A stretch of 64,000 bases of DNA. Source: Alphaproteobacteria bacterium. GTDB taxonomy: Bacteria > Pseudomonadota > Alphaproteobacteria > UBA828. The notes below the pieces were generated by a model that saw nothing but the letters and a program-made list of their open reading frames with translations, ran no database searches and was not told the origin of the DNA. How positions within the stretch are numbered: the first letter of the stretch is position 1; every line of letters starts with the position of its first letter. Where the stretch lies: contig CAXXVO010000005.1 in the NCBI GenBank assembly GCA_963422645.2, positions 32,001-96,000 on the forward strand. The letters are read 5' to 3'. Both the position numbers and the translations under genes were made by a program. This document shows positions 10,952 to 21,319 of the stretch, one piece after another.

Positions 10952-12429
10952 GGCTCGCCCGCCAGAAGCACCGCCGCCGCGCGCCCGGCAATGCCGACGG
11001 TGAGGTCCGTGTGGAGCCCGAAATAGACCGAGCCCGCGATCAAGGCCCAGGTCGAGAGCTGCATGGGCCAGGGCGCCTCTTTCACCGGCTCGCTATCCGG
11101 CGGCGGCGGGCGGAAGTACGCGGCCTCGATCACGCGGCCCACGTAGGCGAGCGCGATCAGCGAGCCGGCGAGCACGAAGAGCGCCACCGGCCAGAAATCC
11201 TGCTCGAAGGCCGCCTGCACCAGATACCACTTGCTCACGAAGCCGGAGGTGATGGGCACGCCGACCAGGCCGAGGCCGCCGATCACGACCGCCGCCATGG
11301 TGAAGGGCATGCGCCGGCCGAGGCCGTGCAGGGCGCTCAGATCGGTCGCGCCCAGGCGATAGGCGATGGCGCCGGCGGCGAGGAAGAGGCCGCCCTTCAT
11401 CAGCGCGTGGTTGAAGATGTGGACCAGGGCGCCGGTCACGCCGGTGACCGAAGCGAGCCCGATGCCGACGCCGAGATAGCCGATCTGGCCCACGCTGGAG
11501 AACGCCAGCAGGCGCTTGAGATCGCTCTGGAAGACGGCGACGAGCGAGCCCGCCAGCACGGCAATGAGCGAGAGCGCGAGCAGGATCTCCGTCAGCGGCA
11601 GGGTCTCGAAGGCGAAATGAATGCCGAACACGGTGAAGACGAAGCGGAGCAGCATGTAGGCGCCGACCTTGGTCGCGGTCGCAGCAAGGAAGGCGCTCAC
11701 CATCGAGGGCGCATACGCATAGGCGTTGGGCAGCCACATGTGGAAGGGGAAGAGCGCGAGCTTGATCAGCACGCCCACGGTGATGAAGGCGAAGGCCGTA
11801 AGTATCGCCGGGGTCTCTCCGAGCGCCGGGACGCGCTCGGCAAGGTCCGCGATGTTGAGGGTTCCGGTCTTGGCGTAGAGGAAGCCGATCCCGACCAGGA
11901 TCAGCGCGGCCCCGATCGTGCCGATGATGAGGTATTGGTAGGAGGCCGTGAGCGCCCGCCTGTGCTTCCCTTGTGCGATGAGCACGTAGCTCGCGAGCGA
12001 GGAGATTTCGAGAAAGACATAGATGTTGAAGGCGTCGCCGGTCGCGGTGATGCCGAGCAGGCCGGTGAGCGCGAGCAGGAAGATCGCGTAGAAGAGATGC
12101 CGCCGCTCGGGCCGGACCTCCTGTTCCACGCTCGCCCGCGCGTAGGGCATCATGAGCGCAGCGGTGCCCGCGATGATCAGCAGGACGAAGGCGTTGACCC
12201 CGTCCAGCCGGTACTCGATGCCGATGGGCGGCGCCCAGCCGCCGAGGCGGTAGGAAATCGGGCCGCTGCTCATGACCTGCTCGAGCAGCAGCGCCGCGAT
12301 CGCGAGCAGCCCCCAACAGACCACGGTGGTGAAACCCCAGGCGTAGGACCCGCGCCGCAGCAGCACGCAGACAGGCGCCGCGATCAGCGGCACCGCCACC
12401 TGGAGCACCGGCAGATGAGTCGCGATCAT
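10948..12429 (-). CDS. mrpD: Mrp antiporter subunit D
   Basis: GDAFNIYVFLEI, KLALFPFHMWLPNAY, HIFNHALMKG. Confidence 0.9.
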   Translation of the reverse strand: MIATHLPVLQVAVPLIAAPVCVLLRRGSYAWGFTTVVCWGLLAIAALLLEQVMSSGPISYRLGGWAPPIGIEYRLDGVNAFVLLIIAGTAALMMPYARASVEQEVRPERRHLFYAIFLLALTGLLGITATGDAFNIYVFLEISSLASYVLIAQGKHRRALTASYQYLIIGTIGAALILVGIGFLYAKTGTLNIADLAERVPALGETPAILTAFAFITVGVLIKLALFPFHMWLPNAYAYAPSMVSAFLAATATKVGAYMLLRFVFTVFGIHFAFETLPLTEILLALSLIAVLAGSLVAVFQSDLKRLLAFSSVGQIGYLGVGIGLASVTGVTGALVHIFNHALMKGGLFLAAGAIAYRLGATDLSALHGLGRRMPFTMAAVVIGGLGLVGVPITSGFVSKWYLVQAAFEQDFWPVALFVLAGSLIALAYVGRVIEAAYFRPPPPDSEPVKEAPWPMQLSTWALIAGSVYFGLHTDLTVGIAGRAAAVLLAGEP

Positions 12430-12794
12430 CGCCGATCCTGCTCGTCGATCTCGTCCTCTTCGACGGTCCCGTAGTCGCGCTTGATCGCCACGGTGAGCGC
12501 GAGCCCGACCGCGAGAGTCGAGACGGCAACGACGATCGCCGTGAGGATCAGCACGTGGGGGAGCGGGTTGGAGTAGACCGCGTGGCCGGCGTCGATGATC
12601 GGCGCGGTGCCGCCCTCGACCTTCCCCGCCGTGATGTAGATCAGGAAGATCGCCGACTGGAAAATGCCGAGGCCGATCAGCTTCTTGATCAGGTTGGAGG
12701 GCGCAATGACAGCGTAAAGCCCGATCATCGCCAGCACGATCGCGGCCCAGTAGTTGACGTGTGTGAGGGCCTCCACCTCAGCGCCACTCGGCAA
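12426..12794 (-). CDS. mrpC: Mrp antiporter subunit C
   Basis: NLIKKLIGL, NPLPHVLILTAIVV. Confidence 0.92.
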   Translation of the reverse strand: MPSGAEVEALTHVNYWAAIVLAMIGLYAVIAPSNLIKKLIGLGIFQSAIFLIYITAGKVEGGTAPIIDAGHAVYSNPLPHVLILTAIVVAVSTLAVGLALTVAIKRDYGTVEEDEIDEQDRR

Positions 12795-13191
12795 GAGCGC
12801 AGAAGATGATGGTCATCACGGCGGCGACCGCGACGCCGACACCGATCTCGATGATGATGATTCCGACGTGGTTGCCATGCGTGGCGTCAGCGCTAAGCGC
12901 GCCGTATTCCAGGAAGCTCCCGCCGCCGATCATGCTGGCCACGCCGACGCCGGCATAGAGCAGCACACCGAGACAGGCGAGCACCGCCAGCAGACGCGGC
13001 GGCGCCACGCTGCGCACCGCCTCGGTCCCGAAGACGAGACCGTAGAGGATAAGACCCGAGGCGAAGATCACGCCAGCCTGAAAGCCGCCGCCCGGCCCGT
13101 AGTCGCCGTGCATCTGGACGTAGAGGGCGAAGAGCAGGATCGGCGGGATCAGCAGCTTCGAGACCACGCGCAGGACCAGATGCTCGGTCAT
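12778..13191 (-). CDS. mrpB: Mrp antiporter subunit B
   Basis: HGDYGPGGGFQAG; ATG at 13191. Confidence 0.9.
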   Translation of the reverse strand: MTEHLVLRVVSKLLIPPILLFALYVQMHGDYGPGGGFQAGVIFASGLILYGLVFGTEAVRSVAPPRLLAVLACLGVLLYAGVGVASMIGGGSFLEYGALSADATHGNHVGIIIIEIGVGVAVAAVMTIIFCALAEWR

Positions 13192-13769
13192 TCGCGGTCC
13201 CTCTCGCCTGGCCGGCGGCGGCGCGTGATGCCCAGCATCAGCAGAACCCCGATGCCTGCGGTGAAGATCACCGTGACCTCGCCCAGGGTGTCGAAGCCCC
13301 GGTAGGAGGCCAGCACCGCAGTGACGATGTTGGGGACGCCGGTCTCTGCCTCGCCCTGCTCGATATAGTGGGGCCCGACGTGCTGTTGCGCGGGCGCTTG
13401 CGGGTCGCCGAAGGCCGGCAGGTCGAGCGTGCCGTAAATCAGCAGCCCGCCGACCGCGAGCGAGGCCAGGATCGGGAGCCACGGCCTGCGGTGCGCGATC
13501 TTCTCGTGCCGGCCGGTGGCGGCGATAGCGAGCAGCATGAAGACGGTGGTCACGCCGGCGCCGACGGCGGCCTCGGTAAAGGCCACGTCGACCGCGTCGA
13601 GCACGACCCAGAGCAAGGCCATGACCAGGCTGTAGATGCCGAGCACGAGCGCGGCCGCCAGCAGATTGTGCATCGAGACCACGATGAGCGCCGCCGCGAC
13701 CAGCAGGGCCAGGAGCAGGATATCGACGTAGATAACTATGGCGCCGGGTCCTTGGGCTTGCGGGTCCAC
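13188..13769 (-). CDS. MrpA C-terminal-like / DUF4040 subunit (start uncertain)
   Basis: DVAFTEAAVGAG, NIVTAVLASYRGFDTLGE. Confidence 0.85.
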   Translation of the reverse strand: MDPQAQGPGAIVIYVDILLLALLVAAALIVVSMHNLLAAALVLGIYSLVMALLWVVLDAVDVAFTEAAVGAGVTTVFMLLAIAATGRHEKIAHRRPWLPILASLAVGGLLIYGTLDLPAFGDPQAPAQQHVGPHYIEQGEAETGVPNIVTAVLASYRGFDTLGEVTVIFTAGIGVLLMLGITRRRRPGERDRE

Positions 13770-14053
13770 GGCCGGACCCCGTCGAGCAGCGCCGCGTGGG
13801 CGAGCGCATGCGCGGCGGTCGGCCCGGTGAACACCAGGAACACGAAGATCAGCACGAGCTTGAACGAGGTGAGAGAGAGCCCGGCCTGCAACATGAGGCC
13901 CAGCAAGATGAAGCCCGCACCGGCAGTATCGGCCACGCTCGCCGCATGAAGCCGCGTGAACAAGTCCGGCATGCGGACCAGCCCGAGCCCGCCCACTATG
14001 ACGAAGGCCGCGCCGATGCCGATGCTGATCCAGCTCAGGATATCGACGATCAC
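13736..14053 (-). CDS. mrpG: Mrp antiporter subunit G
   Basis: GLVRMPDLFTRLHAAS, TGPTAAHAL. Confidence 0.92.
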   Translation of the reverse strand: MIVDILSWISIGIGAAFVIVGGLGLVRMPDLFTRLHAASVADTAGAGFILLGLMLQAGLSLTSFKLVLIFVFLVFTGPTAAHALAHAALLDGVRPWTRKPKDPAP

Positions 14054-14325
14054 GGCGCCTCCTCGGCGTCGCGTGCGCGCCGGCGCTTGATGTAGCGGAG
14101 AACGGCGATGGTGCCGATGAAGTTGATCAGCGCGTAGACCAGCGCGATGTCGAGAAAGTCCGGGCGCTCCATGAGGAAGCCCACGGCCGCGATCAGCAGC
14201 ACGGTCATGGTCCCGATCGCGTTCACGCTGAGCACGCGGTCGTAGAGCGTCGGCCCCAGGTACGCGCGGATCAGCGCGAGAATGACTGTCACGACCAGTG
14301 CCGCGACGGCGGCGAGGAACATCAT
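14050..14325 (-). CDS. mrpF: Mrp antiporter subunit F
   Basis: GPTLYDRVL, LDIALVYALINFIGTIA. Confidence 0.9.
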   Translation of the reverse strand: MMFLAAVAALVVTVILALIRAYLGPTLYDRVLSVNAIGTMTVLLIAAVGFLMERPDFLDIALVYALINFIGTIAVLRYIKRRRARDAEEAP

Positions 14326-14798
14326 GTCCGGCCCTCGACCGCGCTGACGCGGCGGTCCATGTCGCCGGTCTTCAGCTCGTTCATGCCCTGCCGGGTGAGC
14401 GCGTGGACCTCGATGCCGTCCGCCGTCACCGACGTGGTGAGCGTGCCGGGCGTCAGCGTGATCGAGTTTGCGAAGATCACCTTGCCGAGGTCGGACTTTT
14501 GGCTCGACGGCACCGTCTCCAGCACTGGGTCGATGCGCGGGCGGGGCGACAGCACGATGCGGGTGACGGCGAACGCCGAGAGCAGGATCTGGATCGTCAG
14601 CCAGCCCCAATAGAGCGGGATGCGCAAGCCGAGATGGATCGGGTGCCCCTCGTGGTCCACCACGTCCATGCGCATCGCCACCGCCACCGCGAAGGCCGTG
14701 CAGGCGGCACCGATCGCGAGCAGGAAGGGCGTGTAATGACCGGACAGTGCGAGCCAGAGCCCGTAGAGCACGGCGAACAGACTGAGCGCGTGACGCAC
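14322..14798 (-). CDS. mrpE: Mrp antiporter subunit E
   Basis: ANSITLTPGT, VHAL. Confidence 0.92.
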   Translation of the reverse strand: MRHALSLFAVLYGLWLALSGHYTPFLLAIGAACTAFAVAVAMRMDVVDHEGHPIHLGLRIPLYWGWLTIQILLSAFAVTRIVLSPRPRIDPVLETVPSSQKSDLGKVIFANSITLTPGTLTTSVTADGIEVHALTRQGMNELKTGDMDRRVSAVEGRT

Positions 14799-14912
14799 GC
14801 GAATCCCTCGTGCGGAGGCGGGAGCGCCCGGATTATGCCCCTCGCGCCGCGCCTCGCAACAAGGAAAGACCCCGACGAAGAGCCGCGCCCGCTGTTGGGA
14901 AAGCGGACGGGC

Positions 14913-15428
14913 TCATTCCAGCTCGCCGCCGCCTCCATTGGGCCGGCGCCGGCCCAGCCGCTCCTGATAGTCGTGGGATTGCCAGTTCGCGCGGAACAGC
15001 CATTGTTCCTCCGGCTGCCGTGCGGCCAGCTCCGGGTCGATTTCGACCTCGTCGAAGCCGCTTCGCCGGGCCATGGCGTATTGATCTGCGAGGATGCGGC
15101 CGGACGCGCGAAGCCGGCCGCGGTAGCCGAGCAGGCGCAGATGGCGGGCCAGCGAAAACCCCCGGCCGTCCATATGCGACGGAAAGGCAATGCGAATCAG
15201 CGCGATGCGCCCGAAGAGAGGCACGATGTCCTCGGCCGGCGCGGCGTTCTCGACATCGAGCGCGGCGCCGTCCGTCAGCGCGGATAGGTCGATGGCGCCG
15301 CTCCATGGGGTGAAGTCGCCCGACCGGTCGTCGTCGTGAAAGCCGGTATCGCGCACCAGCACGTTTCGACTCACGATGGCCTCACCCGCGTCCGAGCCAT
15401 CGTCCGCAGCGCGCGTCGGGGCAGGCAT
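14913..15428 (-). CDS. DUF934-family protein (sulfite reductase-associated)
   Basis: FPSHMDGRGFSLARHLR..GYRGRLRASG..LADQY..ARRSGFD. Confidence 0.88.
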   Translation of the reverse strand: MPAPTRAADDGSDAGEAIVSRNVLVRDTGFHDDDRSGDFTPWSGAIDLSALTDGAALDVENAAPAEDIVPLFGRIALIRIAFPSHMDGRGFSLARHLRLLGYRGRLRASGRILADQYAMARRSGFDEVEIDPELAARQPEEQWLFRANWQSHDYQERLGRRRPNGGGGELE

Positions 15429-15463
15429 GGCAGTCTCTCCATCGAGCTCTTGCCGCGCCCGGG

Positions 15464-17140
15464 TCACAGCTCTGGCGCTCCGCCCCCGGCGATGTCGGCA
15501 TAGAGCGCGGCCTTGAAGGGCTGCATCCCGACCCGACGGTAGGTCTTGAGAAAGGTCTCGCCCTCGTCGGACCGGAGTTCGAGGTAAGTGCCGATCATTC
15601 GCTCGACGGCGCCAACGATCTCGCCTGCAGGAAATCCCGGTCCTGTGCGCTCGCCGAGAGCGGCGCTTTCGGTTCCGTCGCCGCCGAGCGTGATCTGGTA
15701 GTTCTCGGCGCCGGCGCGATCGAGCCCGAGAATCCCGATATGGCCGACATGATGGTGCCCGCACGCATTGACGCAGCCGGAGATCTTGATCTTGAGATCG
15801 CCGACCTCGCGTTCGGTGCCGAGCTCCTTCATGCGCTCGGCAATGCCCTGGGCGATCGGAATTGAGCGCGCGGTCGCCAGGTTGCAGTAGTCCATCCCCG
15901 GGCAGGCGATGATGTCGGACGCCAGACCGACGTTGGCGGTGGCCAGTCCCTCCTGCCGCAGCGCGTCGTGAACAGCGGGCACATCGCCCCTGTGCACATG
16001 GGGAAGTATGCAGTTCTGTTCGTGGCTGATCCGAATCTCGTCGTGCCCGTAGCGCTCCGCCAGATCGGCGATGACGCGCATCTGGCCTGCCGTCGCATCT
16101 CCCGGGGTCGCGCCATGGGCCTTGAGCGAGATGGTGACGATCGCGTAGCCGGGAGCCTTGTGCGGGTGGAGATTGGTATCCGCGAAGGCGCGGAACGCCG
16201 GATCGCTCTCCAGAGCCGTCTCGAACGCGCCGGTCGGGGCCTCTTGGTACTCGGGCGCCGGGAACATCGCGCGGATGTCCCGCAAAAGTGTCCGGTCCGC
16301 GCCGCTGAAGGTCTTGCGCTGAATCCGGAAGCGCTCCTCGACACCTTGGCGGAAAGCATCGAGCCCGAGCTCGCGCACCGTGATCTTGATGCGCGCCTTG
16401 TACTTGTTATCGCGGCGCCCGTGGGTGTTGTAGATCTGCAGGATGGCCTCGACGTAGGGAAGCAGGTCGGCCTCGGGCAGGAAGTCGCGAATCACCGATC
16501 CGATGACCGGCGTGCGGCCGAGCCCGCCGCCGACGGAGACCCGGTAACCAACCTCTCCAGCTGCATTGCGAACCAGGCACAGGCCGATGTCGTGGGCACG
16601 GGTGACGGCGCGGTCGACCGGCGAGCCGCTCACCGCGATCTTGAACTTGCGCGGCAGGAAGGCGAATTCGGGATGGTCCGTCGACCACTGCCTGAGCAGT
16701 TCCGCACTCGGGCGCGGATCGCAGACTTCGTCGGCGGCCGCGCCTGCGAAGTGGTCGGCCGTGACATTGCGCACGCAGTTCCCCGATGTCTGGATCGCGT
16801 GCATGTCCACATCGGCCAGGGCGTCGAGGATGTCCGGCACATCCTTCAGCTTCGGCCAGTTGAACTGCACGTTCTGCCGCGTCGTGAAGTGCCCGTAGCC
16901 CTTGTCCCAGCGCTCCGCGATGCGGGCCAGCTGCCGCATCTGGCGACTGTCGAGCGTCCCGTAGGGGATTGCGACCCGGAGCATGTAGGCGTGCAGCTGC
17001 AGGTAGAGCCCGTTCATCAGCCGCAGGGGCTTGAACTCCTCTTCGCTCAGGGAGCCGTCGAGCCGCCGGGCGACCTGCCGGCGGAATTGTTCGACACGGG
17101 TTCGCACGAACTCTCGGTCGAAGGAATCGTATCGATACAC
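15464..17140 (-). CDS. cysI: Ferredoxin-type nitrite/sulfite reductase hemoprotein
   Basis: RLMNGLYLQLHAYMLRVAIPYG, LPRKFKI, ACPGMDYC and SGCVNACG siroheme/4Fe-4S ligands. Confidence 0.92.
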   Translation of the reverse strand: MYRYDSFDREFVRTRVEQFRRQVARRLDGSLSEEEFKPLRLMNGLYLQLHAYMLRVAIPYGTLDSRQMRQLARIAERWDKGYGHFTTRQNVQFNWPKLKDVPDILDALADVDMHAIQTSGNCVRNVTADHFAGAAADEVCDPRPSAELLRQWSTDHPEFAFLPRKFKIAVSGSPVDRAVTRAHDIGLCLVRNAAGEVGYRVSVGGGLGRTPVIGSVIRDFLPEADLLPYVEAILQIYNTHGRRDNKYKARIKITVRELGLDAFRQGVEERFRIQRKTFSGADRTLLRDIRAMFPAPEYQEAPTGAFETALESDPAFRAFADTNLHPHKAPGYAIVTISLKAHGATPGDATAGQMRVIADLAERYGHDEIRISHEQNCILPHVHRGDVPAVHDALRQEGLATANVGLASDIIACPGMDYCNLATARSIPIAQGIAERMKELGTEREVGDLKIKISGCVNACGHHHVGHIGILGLDRAGAENYQITLGGDGTESAALGERTGPGFPAGEIVGAVERMIGTYLELRSDEGETFLKTYRRVGMQPFKAALYADIAGGGAPEL

Positions 17141-17143
17141 GGT

Positions 17144-17446
17144 TCAGTTCCCTGCCTGCTTGCCATGTCGGTAGTTGGAGGGGCCAAGGGCGCGGAAGGC
17201 CTCGCGAAAGTGAGCCGGCTGCAGGCCACCGTCCCTGTCCGGCATGGCAGCCGCCAGGTACGGCTCAACGATTGCGCCCTGTTGCGATTCCGCCTCGGCA
17301 AGGCTGCGATTGGCTTCCGCCTCGTCCACGAAGAGGCGTGCCGAGACGAGATGGCGCGTCCAGGCTCCGTCCGGGGCGAGGTAGACGACGTCCCCCTCCA
17401 GGAGATCGTTCGCGGTCAGCACGCAAGGGGCAAAGGAAGGTGCCAT
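17144..17446 (-). CDS. DUF2849-family protein
   Basis: VLTANDLLEGDVVYL, HFREAFRALGPS. Confidence 0.85.
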   Translation of the reverse strand: MAPSFAPCVLTANDLLEGDVVYLAPDGAWTRHLVSARLFVDEAEANRSLAEAESQQGAIVEPYLAAAMPDRDGGLQPAHFREAFRALGPSNYRHGKQAGN

Positions 17447-18743
17447 CACAGCGCACGCTCGCGGACCTCGCACCCCGCCCGGGCCTCCCGCACGGCCTCG
17501 CGGGGCAGCAGGCCCAGCATCAGGACGACCGCGCCCGCACAGCGTTGCTCCTCCAGTGTCTCCGGCAGCCGGAGCAGCGAGGTCGCGACGATCCGCTCGT
17601 CCGCAGCCGAGGCGTTCTCGACGATGGTGACCGGCGTCGACGGCGCAGCCCCGTGCATCAGGAGACGCCCGCGCAGGAAGGTCGCCGCCCGCTTGCCCAT
17701 GTAGATCGCGGCAACGGACCCCGGCCGGGCCAGGCAGCCCAATCGTGCTCGGCGAGTCCGTCGGCGTCCTGGCCGGTGAGAAGGCGAAGCTCGGAGTTCC
17801 GCCCGCGCCGCGTCAGCGAGACCCCCATGTCGGCTGCGGCCGAGGACGCAGCCGTGATGCCCGGAACGATCTCCCACGGGATGCCTGCGCCGTCGAGCGC
17901 CTCGATCTCCTCGTCGAGCCTGCCGAATAGGGTGGGATCGCCGGACTTGAGGCGGACCACGTGATTCCCTGCTCGGGCACGACGCACCAGCAGCGCGTTG
18001 ATGCTCGCCTGCGACCACGAGGGGCCGAACCCCTGCTTGCCGGCGCAGACCCGCTCCGCCTCCCGCCGTGCGAGCTCGAGCACCTGCGCGGAGACCAGGC
18101 GATCGTGCACCACGATGTCGGCGTCATGCAGGCGGTTGCGCGCCTTGAGCGTGAGCAGCTCCGCATCGCCCGGCCCGGCGCCCACGAAGGAGACGAAGCC
18201 GGGCGGGCGGATTGCCGCAGCGGCCTCGTCAAGCAGCGAGCGCAGCGCAGCGCGGGCGCCGCTCTCGCCCTCCCTGGCGTAGCCGCGTGAGCCGCGCCGG
18301 AAGAAGTACTCGGACCAGAGAGCCCGTCGCATGCGGCCGGCGGGCACGCTCTCGCACTTGCTCCGGAATGCTTGTCCGATCCGCGCCAACGGCCCCAGAG
18401 AAGTCGGCAGCTGAGCTTCGAAGGCTGCCTTGAGAGCCCGCGCGAGCACCGGGGCCGTGCCTTCGGTCCCGATCGCGACCGTGACCGGATCGCGGTCGAC
18501 GATCGCCGGCGTGATGAAGTCGCTGTCCGTGAGATCGTCGGCGATGCTGACGCGAATCCCGTGACGGCGGGCGAGCGCGGCCGCGCGTGCGTCCGCCGCT
18601 TTGTCCCCATTCGCGCAGTAGAGAAGCGCCGCGCCTTCCAGGTCTGCGCTCTCGACGGGGCGCGCCTCGTGTTCGAGCCTGCCCGCACGCTGCCACGCAA
18701 GAAGTTCCCGATTCGGATCGGCACCGAAGACGGCGAGTTGCGC
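17446..18743 (-). pseudogene. cysG: Siroheme synthase, 5'-truncated and frameshifted (~17740)
   Basis: DFITPAIVDRDPV, GAGPGDAELLTLKA, RLKSGDP, VPGITAA; the N-terminal Rossmann start is missing at 18743. Confidence 0.88.
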
Positions 18744-18870
18744 TGTAGGGGGACGAAAGTCATTGCGAATCCGGAAGATGCCGGGAAGAAGGCGGAAGAG
18801 GGCGGACGGTCAAGGGGTTGGCGGCGTTTCCGGGGTCTGGCGGGCCGGACGAAAGTCTTTGCGAATCCGG
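18744..18870 (+). mobile_element. Mu/Tn7-type transposon end with two 24-bp direct repeats
   Basis: TGT at 18744; GGACGAAAGTCWTTGCGAATCCGG at 18751-18774 and 18847-18870 (1 mismatch). Confidence 0.65.
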
Positions 18871-19013
18871 CCCGGAAAGGGCCGTGAATTGGCTGGAAAC
18901 GGTGATTTTCGGGGCGTTTCAGGGGTGCTGAAAGGCCTGTAAATCGGGGCGGTTCCGGGGGTGCGGATTCGCCGGTAAATCGGGGTGCGGCGCGGGGCTT
19001 CGCCTCGCCCGGT

Positions 19014-19715
19014 CTACGATGCCGGCGTTGTCCCCGCGCCGGCCTCCTTCCCTTCGAGATCGGCGCGCCGCGGGTCGCGTGCGATCTCCTCGTCGGAGAA
19101 CGGCTTTCGCCCGGGGTTCTCGACCTCCCAGCTTTCCATCCATGGCAGCGACTGGCATCCGCAGTTGATCGTCTCGGCGGCGGGTCCGGCGGGATCGCGG
19201 GGGTACATGAGCGAAGCGCCGCCGACGTCGAAGGGCCTGGCGGCTTCCCTGGTCTGTCCGTCGACGGCGTCGTGGGCGATGCGGCTTCTGAGCTTTCCGG
19301 AGCGTCGCCACTGCTTCCTCAGCCCCGGCAGGATCCCGGCGGCCTGCTCCATGCGCTGCTGTCCGGCCATGGAGTATGCGCGGCCGAGCTCGGTCCGCAC
19401 GATTGTCAGGGCGCGGGACCTGCCGCCGCTCTTGAGGATGGCGGCGACGCGGCCGGTGGTCTCGCCGACGGGGACCGAGCCGGTCATGGCGAGGCCGAGT
19501 TCGGTATTGACGCGCTCGGCAAGCGTCGTGGAGACGTCCTTCATCCTGTCGGTGAGGAAGGATCGCATGGCGAGGAGCTGGCGGGTGTCGACCTCGGGCA
19601 GGACGGCGGCGATGCGGAAGTCGGGGGCATCGAGGCGCATGGCGGCGTCGACGGGGGCGTCCATGGTATCGATGCCGGCGTCCCAGGCGCGGGTTGCGCC
19701 CTCGGCCATGGCCTG
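19014..19715 (-). pseudogene. Phage head morphogenesis protein (Mu gpF / SPP1 gp7 family), 5'-truncated
   Basis: RALTIVRTELGRA, KQWRRSGK..R..HDAVDGQ, LMYPRDP..PAAETINCGC. Confidence 0.85.
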
Positions 19716-20187
19716 CCGTTGGATCGATGCGGTTCTGAGCGACCTGAACGCCACCGAAACGGTCTTCCCCGGCACCCGTCTGCGCATAGTCTACGACATC
19801 GACGGGGCCTCGGAATCCGCGCGGCTCGTGTCACCTAAAATCAGCAGAGGTCAGGAAGTCTGAACCTATACAGTCAAGCGGGGATCAACGACGCGCCGAC
19901 GGCGAAACGGCACCGACGGCAAGCAACATCAGCACGCACTCAGAACTGGCGGCGGGGTACCTGGGTAGTTACGAATATTTTCCCAAATAAGCGCAATATC
20001 GTGGAAAAATAAGTATTTAATTACTATATTCATACAAGTTCAGACTTCCTGACCTCTGCTGATTTTAGGTGACACGAGCCGCGCGGATTCCGAGGCCCCG
20101 TCGATGTCGTAGACTATGCGCAGACGGGTGCCGGGGAAGACCGTTTCGGTGGCGTTCAGGTCGCTCAGAACCGCATCGATCCAACGG
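19716..20187. repeat. 150-bp perfect inverted repeat (19716-19865 / 20038-20187) made of two transposase 3' ends
   Basis: Both arms encode ...RWIDAVLSDLNATETVFPGTRLRIVY...GQEV* and end in GGTCAGGAAGTCTGAAC. Confidence 0.95.
19960..19972. mobile_element. Orphan IS66-type terminal inverted repeat
   Basis: CCTGGGTAGTTAC versus CCTGGGCAGTTAC at the ends of the two IS66 copies. Confidence 0.65.
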
Positions 20188-20621
20188 TCGCAGGCGTCGT
20201 TTGCGAGGCCAAGAATGTGGACCCGCAGGAGGCCATTGCCAGGATCCGGCAGGATGTCGGCATCGGCGGTGAGCAGCGCTTGAAGCAGTTTCCGGGGATG
20301 GGGCTTGTGGCCCTGCGCCTGCATGACGGGAAGCATCATGCGGGTTTCGGCGCGGTAGGCGATCATCCGGATGACGTCGAGGAGGAGGCGCTCGCGCGCG
20401 GGCAAGGCATCGAGCTGCTCGGCTTCGTCGAGGTCGCCGGCCCGGCAGTGCTTGGGCGTCTCCCTGCGGCTGGCCCTGACGATGTCGCGGACATCCTGGA
20501 GGTCCCTGACTTCCCTCCTGAGTTCCGCCGTCGGCTGCTTCTTCCGGGCCGTGTCGGCGATGCGGTTGCGCAGGCGGCCAAGCTGGCGGTCGAGGCGATG
20601 GATTGCCTTGTCAGCCGCCAC
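20040..20621 (-). pseudogene. Unclassified large transposase, C-terminal fragment
   Basis: MIAYRAET, ADILPD, LNATETVFPGT.LRIVY; stop codon lies inside the terminal repeat. Confidence 0.75.
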
Positions 20622-21319
20622 TCGGGGGAAAGAGCCCTGCCATAGGGAGACGGAAAGCAGACCTTGTCTTGGGTCAGCACCAGCACAACCTGGCGTGCGC
20701 TGCCCAGTTCTCGGAACCTTGCAAAAATCAGCCGGATCGTCTCCTGAATGCGCAGATCAGGATTGAAGACGGGGCCGCCGCCCTCGCGATGCCAGACATA
20801 CCCGATCGGCACGTTGAGGCGCAGCTCGCCGCGGCACGCCTTTTCCCGAAGCGCGTCAAGCATGCGGGCGCGAAGGACGCCGGTTTCGAACTCAAAGATG
20901 CTGCCTTTCATTCCCAGGAGAAGGCGATCGTTGGGAAGGCGAGGGTCGTAGACCCCATCCATGTCGATCACTCGCGCGTCGAACAGTCCGCACAACTCGA
21001 GGAGATGATGCCAATCACGACCGTTTCGCGAGAGCCTGGAAGCATCGAAACACAGAACTGCGCCGACCCTTGCCGCGCATAGCCACGCGCACAACCGCTC
21101 GAAGCCAGGCCGCTCCATCGCGCCGTTTGCCGAGATGCCAAGATCATCGTCGATCACTTCGACATCTCGGAATCCCCGACGCCGGGCGAGCTCGACGAGT
21201 TCGTATTGTCGCCTCTGGCTTTCCAGGTTGGAGCTGACCTGATGGGGGGTGGATTGCCGCACATAGATCACCGCTTTGCGCTTCAGGACCGCGGCGGTTA
21301 AGGGATCAGATCCGTTCAT
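20620..21319 (-). pseudogene. Large serine recombinase, 3'-truncated
   Basis: AVIYVRQST (catalytic Ser), ESQRRQY, RPGFERL, DASRLSRN, NDRLLLGMKG; loses homology near 20620. Confidence 0.88.

Noticed and set aside
7552-14798. Mrp operon with three D-like subunits and split A/B as a novel system
   Set aside because: A known Mrp/Mnh operon variant; nothing new visible.
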